Assembly (NCBI GenBank): GCA_964652255.1
Contig: CAZZBM010000001.1
Location: forward strand, 440,920 to 504,919
DNA: 64,000 nucleotides
Origin: an uncultured bacterium
GTDB lineage: Bacteria > Bdellovibrionota > Bacteriovoracia > Bacteriovoracales > CAZZBM01
Reading direction: 5' to 3'
Part shown: piece after piece, positions 18,287 to 25,941 of the stretch
Position numbering within the stretch: the stretch's first letter is position 1
How the letters are laid out: each line of letters begins with the position of its first letter
Notes under the pieces: generated by a model
Seen by the model: the letters and a program-made list of their open reading frames with translations, nothing else
What the model was told of the DNA's origin: nothing
Database searches by the model: none
Translations under genes and position numbers: made by a program

Positions 18287-19216
18287 ATGGCTTGGTTTTT
18301 GTTTCTTGTTCTTGTTCTAACTTTATTGATTCTTGATCTTGGTTTTTTTCATAAAAAAAATAAAATCATTGGCTTTAAAGAAAGTTTATGGATGAGTTGC
18401 TTTTATGTTTTTATTGCTATTATTTTTGGTTTTTGGGTTTGGTATTTAAAAGGACTAGATGCTTTTGCTCAGTATCTTACTGGTTTTCTTGTAGAAAAAT
18501 CACTAGCCTTAGATAATATTTTCTTAATTTCACTTATATTCTCTGCTCTTTCTATTCCTCTTAAGTATCAACATAGAGTTCTTTTCTGGGGGATTCTAGG
18601 AGTTATTGTTTTAAGGGCTATAATGATTGCTCTAGGTGTTCAAATACTTACTCATTTTGAATGGATTCTTTATTTATTTGCTGCATTTATGATTTTTACG
18701 GGAATAAAGATGTTTTTTGTTTCTCATAAGCCTGTGGATATCTCAAAAAATTTTTTACTCATTCAAATGAAAAAATACTTAAACTTAACAACTCAGTTTC
18801 ATGAAGAAAAATTTTTTATTCTTAAAAAAGACCCTAAGTCTCAAGGAAAAAAAATTTTTTTTACTCCTTTATTCATTGCTTTAATTATGGTTGAGTTTGT
18901 TGATTTAATTTTTGCCGTGGATAGTATTCCAGCTATCTTTTCTATTACTCAAGACCCTTATATTGTTTATACAAGTAATATTTTTGCTATTTTAGGTTTA
19001 AGAGCTCTCTATTTTGCTTTGGCTTCTATTATCGATCGTTTTTATTATTTAAAGCATGCCTTGGCTCTGGTGCTTATCTTTATTGGTTCTAAAATTTTCA
19101 TTGCTGATATGTTGAAAATTACAAAAATTCCGCCCATGATTTCTTTATTTATTACCTTATCATTATTAATGATAGGAGTTGTTCTCTCTTTATTTAAAAA
19201 AAGTAAAGCAAAATGA
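18287..19216 (+). CDS. terC: TerC-family membrane protein (Alx/TerC type)
   Basis: Motifs FLVEKSLALDNIFLISLIF and EFVDLIFAVDSIPAIFSIT. I prefer the ATG at 18287 to the TTG at 18257 used in the track. Confidence 0.8.
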   Translation: MAWFLFLVLVLTLLILDLGFFHKKNKIIGFKESLWMSCFYVFIAIIFGFWVWYLKGLDAFAQYLTGFLVEKSLALDNIFLISLIFSALSIPLKYQHRVLFWGILGVIVLRAIMIALGVQILTHFEWILYLFAAFMIFTGIKMFFVSHKPVDISKNFLLIQMKKYLNLTTQFHEEKFFILKKDPKSQGKKIFFTPLFIALIMVEFVDLIFAVDSIPAIFSITQDPYIVYTSNIFAILGLRALYFALASIIDRFYYLKHALALVLIFIGSKIFIADMLKITKIPPMISLFITLSLLMIGVVLSLFKKSKAK

Positions 19217-19671
19217 AAAAAGAATATATAAATTTATTTTTATGGATTACAGGCATTCTTTTAGTGGGTTCTCTCTTAGGATCTTTAACTAAGCCAGAGA
19301 TTAATAATTGGTATCTTTCTTTGAATCGATCTTCACTTAATCCCCCTAACTATGTTTTTCCCATAGCTTGGACTCTTTTATATATTTTAATTGGGATTAC
19401 TGGCTGGAAAATTTGGCAAAAAGATTCAACTTTATTAAAAGGCTTTTATTCTTTTCAATTATTTTTAAATTGGATTTGGACACCTCTTTTTTTCTATTAT
19501 CAATTAATTGGTTGCGCCTTGTTTGGTTTAATTCTCTTAGATCTGATAGTGTTTTCTCTTATTTGCTTCTCTTATTCGAAAATAAAATTAATAGTTTGGT
19601 TGATGCTTCCTTATTTTTTTTGGCTTCTATTTGCGACTTATTTGAATTTCTACATTTGGAAATATAATTAA
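19213..19671 (+). CDS. tspO: Tryptophan-rich sensory protein TspO/MBR family
   Basis: 152 aa with 5 TM segments. Motifs are LNPPNYVFPIAWTLLYILIGITGW and NWIWTPLFF. ATGA overlap with terC. Confidence 0.85.
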   Translation: MKKEYINLFLWITGILLVGSLLGSLTKPEINNWYLSLNRSSLNPPNYVFPIAWTLLYILIGITGWKIWQKDSTLLKGFYSFQLFLNWIWTPLFFYYQLIGCALFGLILLDLIVFSLICFSYSKIKLIVWLMLPYFFWLLFATYLNFYIWKYN

Positions 19672-19760
19672 AATTAATTATTTACCTCACAGTATTTATG
19701 AAATAAGATATTGAACAAAAGGTTTTTCTTTTATTAAAGAAAATAAATTTAAAAAGTACT

Positions 19761-20804
19761 GTGACCACTATAGAGAAAATCTATTTAGATGACATTGATG
19801 ATTTTGATAAAAAAGTAACAATACCTTCGTGGAATGAAATAAAAAGTCTATGGGGAGTCTCTCCTGTTGGACCATTGCATTTAGGGTATGATTCTTTAAT
19901 TGTTCTTCAAAGAAAAATCTTGGAAAAAAACCCAAAAAAGCATTTTATAGTTATAGCAGATATTCACTCAGCTTTATCCCATGGACTTAGTTGGTTAGAT
20001 CTTCGTCAAAGATGCTATTATTATGAATATTATTTAAGAGAAATTAGTTTTTTAAAACATTCTAACTATATTCTTGGTTCTTATTTTCAAACAAGGCCTA
20101 GTTATGTAGAGTCTCTTTATTCTTTATTGGGAAAAGTTTCTTTAAGATCTGTTATGGATACATTACCTGCTTACGTAAAAAAAAACAATATAGTCCCAGC
20201 TTCTGTGTCAATTTATTCTCTTATGCAATGCTTAGATGTTTTTTATTTAGAAACAAATTTTATAGTTGCAGATCGTGGTCAAGAAAAAATTTATGATTTA
20301 ATTTATGAATTTTATGATTGCAATGTTTTAAGGTTTGGAACAGAAACGAACTTAAAAGAACCCGAAAAAAAAATTACTTTTCTTTACATTCCCATTGCTT
20401 CTGACATTAAAGGGAGATCTTTAAAAGAAAGTTCCTCAGAAACAAGAACTTCTATTCATGACAGTAAAGATACTTTAGAAAAAAAAATCGATCATATGTA
20501 TGCTCCTCCTTATAATCAAATGATTTGTAAAGAAAAAATCAATGCTTGTTTAGAATTCTTTAAATATTCTGTTTTTCCTTGGATCGATGAAAAAATAAAA
20601 ATAGTGAATCAAAATGGTGTTGAGTTTTTATTTGAAAACTATAGAGAATTAGAAAAATGTTTTTATGAAGGTTTTTTATTTCCAAATGATTTAAAGAAAT
20701 CTTTAAAAGATTACTTATGGAAAAGATTGCAATTTATTCAAAACAGTCTTCAACAAGGGATCGATTTTTGGGTGGATAAAAAAAGGTTGAATAAAAATGA
20801 TTAA
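19761..20804 (+). CDS. Class Ic aminoacyl-tRNA synthetase-like protein A (archaeal/eukaryotic-type TyrRS-like, full length, degenerate KMSKS)
   Basis: GTG start, 347 aa. Aligned by eye to the recalled M. jannaschii TyrRS: GVSPVGPLHLGY (HIGH region), FIVIADIHSAL, YSLMQCLDVFYL, ADRGQEKI, LKESSS (in place of KMSSS). A C-terminal domain is present (YRELEKCF...LFPNDLKKSL). Confidence 0.7.
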   Translation: MTTIEKIYLDDIDDFDKKVTIPSWNEIKSLWGVSPVGPLHLGYDSLIVLQRKILEKNPKKHFIVIADIHSALSHGLSWLDLRQRCYYYEYYLREISFLKHSNYILGSYFQTRPSYVESLYSLLGKVSLRSVMDTLPAYVKKNNIVPASVSIYSLMQCLDVFYLETNFIVADRGQEKIYDLIYEFYDCNVLRFGTETNLKEPEKKITFLYIPIASDIKGRSLKESSSETRTSIHDSKDTLEKKIDHMYAPPYNQMICKEKINACLEFFKYSVFPWIDEKIKIVNQNGVEFLFENYRELEKCFYEGFLFPNDLKKSLKDYLWKRLQFIQNSLQQGIDFWVDKKRLNKND

Positions 20805-21600
20805 TTTTTTTAAAAAGCTTAAAAATTTAGGTATAAAAATTTCTATACAAAATAAAAATATTAAAAAGGTTTTTTGGGGTGTTGCTCCAACAGGGGATAT
20901 TCATATTGGATATTTGCCTTATATAGCAATTTTAAAAAAATTAAAATCAATGAATTTTGAAATAATGATTTTAATAGCAGATTATCATGGATATCTTGAT
21001 TCAGAAAAAACTCTTTTTTCTCAAATAGAAGAAAGAACTCAGAGATACTATCATTTTTTTAAAAGATTAGGTTTTTCTGATCAAGATATTGTTTTTGCAA
21101 AAGATGAATATTTAAAATCTTCCTACATAAATTCATTGTTTTTGTTTTCAAGATCTTTGAAATTAAATGAATCATTAAAATGTGCAAAAAAAACCTTAAA
21201 AAGTTTTATTAAAAAAAATTTTCATGTATCAGATGTTCTTTATGTTCTTACTCAAGTTTTTGATCTTGAATATTTTCAAGTTGACCTTGTTCTTTCTGGA
21301 ATAGATGAGTCTGGTGTTTATAAATTTGGAATTCCTATAATTGAGAAAAAAAATAAAAAAAAAATAAATACAATTTATTTTCCCATGATCAAAGGAGTTT
21401 TTGAAAAAGAAATGCATTCAAGTGATTGTGATGATAATAAAATTAATATTTTTGAAGATTTTGAAAGTGTTCTTAATAAAATAAAAAAAAACAATAGTTT
21501 AAAAGTTCAAATTAATAAAATTATATTTCCAATGTTTGAAATAAGCAAAAAAAACAAACCAGAAGAAATCGCTCATTCTTTGGTTGGTATTTGGAGCTAA
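20797..21600 (+). CDS. Class Ic aminoacyl-tRNA synthetase-like protein B (TyrRS-like catalytic domain only, no C-terminal domain)
   Basis: 267 aa, overlapping gene A by 8 nt. Motifs are GVAPTGDIHIGY, ILIADYHGYL, YVLTQVFDLEYF, KEMHSS (KMSKS-like) and INIFEDFESVLNKIKK. The protein ends about 35 aa after the last of these. Confidence 0.65.
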   Translation: MINFFKKLKNLGIKISIQNKNIKKVFWGVAPTGDIHIGYLPYIAILKKLKSMNFEIMILIADYHGYLDSEKTLFSQIEERTQRYYHFFKRLGFSDQDIVFAKDEYLKSSYINSLFLFSRSLKLNESLKCAKKTLKSFIKKNFHVSDVLYVLTQVFDLEYFQVDLVLSGIDESGVYKFGIPIIEKKNKKKINTIYFPMIKGVFEKEMHSSDCDDNKINIFEDFESVLNKIKKNNSLKVQINKIIFPMFEISKKNKPEEIAHSLVGIWS

Positions 21601-21604
21601 TTTA

Positions 21605-22678
21605 ATGATTAAAAAATCTAAAAAAATATCTAATGAGTTTTTAAAGATTTTAAATGAGAATAAAGAAATAATTTTTAAAACCTATTCTAAAGAAACTTCT
21701 TATTTGTTAAATGATATTAATTTTTTATGGGAAGATCTTGAAAAATATTTAACTTTTTTTAGTGAATCCTTGAATCAAAAGAAAAAAATATGGAATTTAG
21801 AAAAGAATTTTTATCAAAAATTTGAAAAAAAATGTGAATATCAAAGAGTAAAACATGGAAAAGTTCTACTTGTTTTGCCCTATAATGCAATTATACCCTT
21901 GTTGCCAATTTTTATTCTTTCTTTTTGTATTTTTGGCAATGAACTTATTGTAGCACCCAGTAGAAAATCTTTAAAAACAGTTACTTTGATATATTCTCTT
22001 TTAAAAAAAATATTAGATAAAAATGATTTTAAAGTTTTTATATTTAAAAAAGGTGGAGAAGATGCATTGAAAAGATATATTGATAAAATAGATCTTCTTT
22101 TTTTTCAAGGAAGTTCAAAAAAAAGAGATTTAATTTATGCTCAATGTTTAGAGCATAATACAGATATTATTTATGAAGGAGAAGGGGCTCAGGTTACAGT
22201 TATAGAAGATAATGTTGATGCTGAAAAAATAAAACAATGGCTTTCTTTTTGTCATGGTAAGCTTTGTACAACTCCAAAGATTTTTTTTATAAAAAAAAAT
22301 CTATATAAAAACTTTTTTAAAATAATAAAAAAGAACATTTCTCATATTCAGTTTACTGAGTTTAATCAAAAAAAAATTATAGAAAGTGTGCATTTAGATG
22401 AGGTTTTCATAGGTCCCTTTGAGGATCTTAAAGATCTTGTTTTTTATCTTAAAAGAAGGTATTCTTTTGGGTTGCAAATTTCTGTTTTTTCAAAAAAACC
22501 AAAAATTATAGAAGAATTTTTTTTAAACGAACTAAATATATCAAGAATTACTATTAATATCAATCCTACCTATCAAAATTCTCTTCTACCTTGGGGTGGT
22601 TATAAAAAATCAGGTTATAGTAGGGTCGGTGATTTTTTTGACAAGGCAACAAGAACAGTTATTGTAGAAAAAGTATGA
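21605..22678 (+). CDS. Aldehyde dehydrogenase-superfamily protein, N-terminally short (about 357 aa)
   Basis: GGAG lies 7 nt before the ATG at 21605. ALDH-like blocks are LVLPYNAIIPLLP, GNELIVAPSRKS, YEGEGAQVTVI (Glu), HGKLCTTPKIFFI (Cys), FGLQISVFSKK and LLPWGGYKKSGYSRVG. Confidence 0.6.
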   Translation: MIKKSKKISNEFLKILNENKEIIFKTYSKETSYLLNDINFLWEDLEKYLTFFSESLNQKKKIWNLEKNFYQKFEKKCEYQRVKHGKVLLVLPYNAIIPLLPIFILSFCIFGNELIVAPSRKSLKTVTLIYSLLKKILDKNDFKVFIFKKGGEDALKRYIDKIDLLFFQGSSKKRDLIYAQCLEHNTDIIYEGEGAQVTVIEDNVDAEKIKQWLSFCHGKLCTTPKIFFIKKNLYKNFFKIIKKNISHIQFTEFNQKKIIESVHLDEVFIGPFEDLKDLVFYLKRRYSFGLQISVFSKKPKIIEEFFLNELNISRITININPTYQNSLLPWGGYKKSGYSRVGDFFDKATRTVIVEKV

Positions 22679-23415
22679 ATTTAGAGAAAAAAGTTATTGT
22701 TGTTACAGGTGCTTCTAGTGGAATAGGTCTAGCAATAGCTAAAGAGCTTTCAAAAGATCATATAGTTATTCTTTTGGCTAGAAGAGAGAAAGTTTTAAAA
22801 GAAATAGTTAATGAAATGATTTTAGAAAAAAGAGAAGTTTCTTATCAAGTCACAGATGTTACCAAGATTGAAGAATTAGAGAGGGCTATAAATTTTGTTT
22901 TAGATCGTTATGGTCAAATTGATGTTTTAATTAATAATGCTGGAATTATGCCCCTTTCCTTTTTATCAGAGCAAAAAATTCATGAATGGGATCAAATGAT
23001 TGATACAAATGTTAAAGGCGTTCTTTATGGTATTTCAGTAGTTTTACCTATCATGAGAAAGAAAAAATCTGGACATATTATTTCTATTGCTTCTATTGCG
23101 GGTCATTTGGTGAAGCCAAGTTTAGCAGTTTATAGCGCGACCAAGCATGCTGTCTGCGCCATAATGGAAGGGTTAAGACAAGAGGAAGCTTTAGCAAAAT
23201 CTAACATTAGAGTCACAACTATTTCTCCTGGAGCTATTGGTACAAATTTATTAAGCACAATTACTTCATTGGATTTAAAAAATTCTTTTATAGAATTTTA
23301 TAAAAATTCTATCGATCCAGAAAGAATTGCAAAAATCGTTGCTTTTGTTATTAATCAACCTATAGATACAGCTATAAACGAAATTATTATTAGACCAACT
23401 CTTCAAGAGCCTTAA
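22675..23415 (+). CDS. Classical short-chain dehydrogenase/reductase
   Basis: Motifs VTGASSGIGLAIA (TGxxxGxG), NNAG and YSATKHAV (YxxxK). ATGA overlap with the ALDH-like gene. Confidence 0.85.
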   Translation: MNLEKKVIVVTGASSGIGLAIAKELSKDHIVILLARREKVLKEIVNEMILEKREVSYQVTDVTKIEELERAINFVLDRYGQIDVLINNAGIMPLSFLSEQKIHEWDQMIDTNVKGVLYGISVVLPIMRKKKSGHIISIASIAGHLVKPSLAVYSATKHAVCAIMEGLRQEEALAKSNIRVTTISPGAIGTNLLSTITSLDLKNSFIEFYKNSIDPERIAKIVAFVINQPIDTAINEIIIRPTLQEP

Positions 23416-23443
23416 AAGAGAGTCATGAAGATGACCCTCTTTT
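23415..23443. terminator. Bidirectional rho-independent terminator between the convergent SDR and hsp20 genes
   Basis: The arms AAAGAGAGTCAT and ATGACCCTCTTT flank a GAAG loop, giving a 12-bp stem with 1 mismatch. The hairpin is flanked by A/T runs on both strands. Confidence 0.6.
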
Positions 23444-23453
23444 AATATTTTCT

Positions 23454-23933
23454 TTAATTTTTTGTAATATCAATTTTTTTAGTAGTGTTATTAGGTAGAG
23501 CTTTCCTGTTGCAGGTAATTGTTAAAACACCATTTTTAAAAGAAGCATGAACTTGATCTTTTTCTACATCCTCTGGGAGATGAAGAATTCTTTCAAAAGA
23601 ACCATAAGATCTTTCAATTCTATGAAAGTTTTTATTTTTCTCCTCTTTTTCCTGCTTTTTAATTCCTTTAATAGCGAGAACATGATCATTTGAAAGCTCT
23701 ATAGAAATATCTTTTTCCTCTACTCCCGGAACCTCTAAGTTTAGAATGTATTCTTTATCTGTAGAAGCAATGTCTAATTTTGGACGCAAAAGAATTTTAC
23801 TTTCATTTGATCCGAAAGCTTCATTGAAAATGCGATCAATTTGAGAATGTAACTCTGAAATAGGATGAAACTGTCTAAAGCTTGGTAAGTATTGATCTTC
23901 ACTATCAAACCAGTTAAATATTGATTTTCTCAT
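23454..23933 (-). CDS. Small heat-shock protein (Hsp20/alpha-crystallin family)
   Basis: Alpha-crystallin domain: YILNLEVPGVEEKDISIEL...FERILHLPEDV...ASFKNGVLTI. GGAG lies upstream of the ATG. Confidence 0.9.
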   Translation of the reverse strand: MRKSIFNWFDSEDQYLPSFRQFHPISELHSQIDRIFNEAFGSNESKILLRPKLDIASTDKEYILNLEVPGVEEKDISIELSNDHVLAIKGIKKQEKEEKNKNFHRIERSYGSFERILHLPEDVEKDQVHASFKNGVLTITCNRKALPNNTTKKIDITKN

Positions 23934-23963
23934 ATTTTTACTCTCCTTTTTTCCAATACTAAA

Positions 23964-23991
23964 ATGATGTTTGTTTTTTAAAAATCAAGGG
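23964..23991 (-). promoter_or_regulatory. Putative heat-shock (sigma32-like) promoter of hsp20
   Basis: The minus strand reads CCCTTGAT, 14 nt, CATCAT. The same architecture occurs upstream of lon at 61907-61934. Confidence 0.35.
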
Positions 23992-23999
23992 GGGTCTCA

Positions 24000-24029
24000 T
24001 TGACACCTCTAGCAATAGAAGTCTATATT
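24000..24029 (+). promoter_or_regulatory. Sigma70-like promoter for tRNA-Ser(GCU)
   Basis: TTGACA (24000-24005), an 18-nt spacer, then TATATT (24024-24029). The mature tRNA starts 11 nt downstream. Confidence 0.55.
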
Positions 24030-24040
24030 TTTCACAAATT

Positions 24041-24131
24041 GGAGATGTGGGTGAGTGGTCTAAACCAGCTCCTTGCTAAGGAGTCGAACCCTAACCGGGT
24101 TCCGTGAGTTCGAATCTCACCGTCTCCGCCA
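24041..24131 (+). tRNA. tRNA-Ser (anticodon GCU), CCA encoded
   Basis: Manual fold. The acceptor stem is GGAGATG/CGTCTCC. The anticodon stem GCTCC/GGAGT carries the loop TTGCTAA. There is a long variable arm, a T-arm with GTTCGAATC, and GCCA at the 3' end. Confidence 0.9.
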
Positions 24132-24142
24132 AATTATAGATT

Positions 24143-25513
24143 TTAAGGAAGTATCTGGTCTAGGACCTTATTGAAGACTTTTATAGGCTCTTCTTGGTTT
24201 TTATCAGGAGCAATTTGTTTTAACAGGGTATCTTTTGTGGCTTCAAAGGTTTTCTTGAGTAAGATTTTACTTAAGTGTTGTTGGTCCAGGGAATATTTAA
24301 GATCTTTGAAGGGTCCTATAACAAAAAATTTTAAAGAATCAATATTTTTAAAACCGGTGAAAGTATGATGGGTATTTAGTTTTTCAAAATCTATTGTTCC
24401 TGTGAAATCATTTTTCAAAGAACCAATATTTACAGAGCTATTATAAAAACTACCTTGGTTTTTACTCCAATTAAGATTAATGGCTCCTGTCAGAGCGTTA
24501 ATTTTTTTTTGAGAAAGATTTTTTTGTAAGGTTAAGATCTGATCTAAGGTTGGCATGGAAAGATTTTCAATTTGATTTTTAAAAAAATCAATATCATAGG
24601 TTTCAACAAGAATTTTTTTTATAAAAAGAGATGTTTTTCCTGAAAGTTCTTTTTTATTTAAATGATAAGTAATATTCCATTCTGAGTTAAGATTTGATTC
24701 TTGGACTGATAGTTGTTTCGAAAGATCAAGATTTTTACAAGAGCCTTTTAAGCTAAGAACAGAATTTTGAACTTGACCAGAGCTTTCACAAATACCCTTT
24801 TCCAAAGAAAAAGAGATGTTATGAATTTGAGTTGCTTCTTTTTTTTGAGAAATTTTTCCTGTAAAATTTTCTAAAAGACCATAAGGTGTTTTAATTTTTT
24901 TAGATTTCACATGAAGAAGAAGTTGTTCATTAAGGTTAATAAATATTTTTTCTGAAGAAAAATCAAGGTAATTTAAACCAAGGCTTCCTTTAACATGGAG
25001 TTGATCTTTTAAAGACAAGATAAGATCGAGATTTTTTAATAGATAGGACTCATAAGCAAGGGAACCTTTCACTTGTAAGGATTCAAAAGAAGGATCTGTT
25101 AAAAGATTAATTTTTATTTTAGAGCCTTTATCTTCTAAGGAACAATTTATTTTCTCTTTAATAAAACAAGTGCTTTTAAGATTAAGTTTTAAAGAATAAA
25201 GGATTAAATCTTCTATTAAAATTGTAACTTTGCTAATAGGTTTTTTAAAAAAGTAATGAAATAAAATTTCTTTTAAAGAAACTTCAAGAGAGATTTTTTT
25301 CAAAGGATCTTTTAAAAAAATTGTTTTTAAAGAAGGAATTTTGATAATAACTTTTGGAAAAATTTTTAAATCAAAATCTCCACAAAGTTCTATATTATAT
25401 TTTTTTAATTCATCTTCAGCTAATGAATGTATTCTTTCTTTATCTAAAAAAAAATATAAAGATGTAAAAAGTATAATTATAGTAAAGAGTAAGAAATAAA
25501 TTTTTTTTGACAT
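24143..25513 (-). CDS. AsmA-family-like envelope protein with N-terminal TM anchor
   Basis: N-terminal anchor KKIYFLLFTIIILFTSLYFFL, followed by a beta-rich repetitive sequence. The segment GDFDLKIFPKVIIKIPSLK resembles the start of AsmA proteins. Confidence 0.45.
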   Translation of the reverse strand: MSKKIYFLLFTIIILFTSLYFFLDKERIHSLAEDELKKYNIELCGDFDLKIFPKVIIKIPSLKTIFLKDPLKKISLEVSLKEILFHYFFKKPISKVTILIEDLILYSLKLNLKSTCFIKEKINCSLEDKGSKIKINLLTDPSFESLQVKGSLAYESYLLKNLDLILSLKDQLHVKGSLGLNYLDFSSEKIFINLNEQLLLHVKSKKIKTPYGLLENFTGKISQKKEATQIHNISFSLEKGICESSGQVQNSVLSLKGSCKNLDLSKQLSVQESNLNSEWNITYHLNKKELSGKTSLFIKKILVETYDIDFFKNQIENLSMPTLDQILTLQKNLSQKKINALTGAINLNWSKNQGSFYNSSVNIGSLKNDFTGTIDFEKLNTHHTFTGFKNIDSLKFFVIGPFKDLKYSLDQQHLSKILLKKTFEATKDTLLKQIAPDKNQEEPIKVFNKVLDQILP

Positions 25514-25598
25514 GGAAATAGTTTTTTCGGATTATTGAAAATAATATTGAATGAAAATTTTCTTGAAATAAATATTGAACTGGTTTTATAATAGAAAA

Positions 25599-25910
25599 AT
25601 GATCTATTGGTGGTTTTTAGCTTTTGCTGGTATTTTTGAAGTTCTTTTTTCTTATCTAATTCTGAGAAAAGATTTATTAAAAAAGTATTTTTTTCCATTA
25701 AGAATCATAGCTTTTATTTTTATAGTACTAGCAGTTAAAAATATTAATATAAGCATCCTATATACCTTATTTATTGCTATGGCAGTTTTGGGAGATTTTG
25801 TTTTGAGTGTTTTTTTGGAAAAAAATCTAGTTACTGCTACCAAGGTGTTCTTCTTTTCTATAATTCTTCTCTCTATTTTAGCTCTACAGTATTTAGAGTT
25901 AAATTTTTGA
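25599..25910 (+). CDS. Divergent SMR-family small membrane protein (possible partner of the downstream SMR)
   Basis: About 103 aa with 4 TM segments and a membrane Glu in TM1 (GIFEVLF). I prefer the ATG at 25599 to the TTG at 25575 used in the track. Confidence 0.45.
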   Translation: MIYWWFLAFAGIFEVLFSYLILRKDLLKKYFFPLRIIAFIFIVLAVKNINISILYTLFIAMAVLGDFVLSVFLEKNLVTATKVFFFSIILLSILALQYLELNF

Positions 25911-25941
25911 CAAGAATATTCTTCTTTGCTTCAATGATCCT

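Noticed and set aside
19761-21600. The aaRS-like pair as cyclodipeptide synthases. CDPSs share the class Ic aaRS fold, are 200-300 aa, and have a G-[IV]-S-x-x-N motif that GVSPVG superficially recalls.
   Set aside because: Both proteins keep an H-[LI]-G-Y remnant of the HIGH motif, the TyrRS-like MQxxD block and KMSKS-like remnants. Protein A also keeps a TyrRS-type C-terminal domain. CDPSs lack all of these ATP-binding motifs. This alternative should still be tested by phylogeny.
18223-24040. An active mobile element or prophage between the two tRNA-Ser genes.
   Set aside because: No integrase, transposase, recombinase, phage gene or evident att-type direct repeat was found by eye. The block is kept only as a low-interest island hypothesis in the findings.
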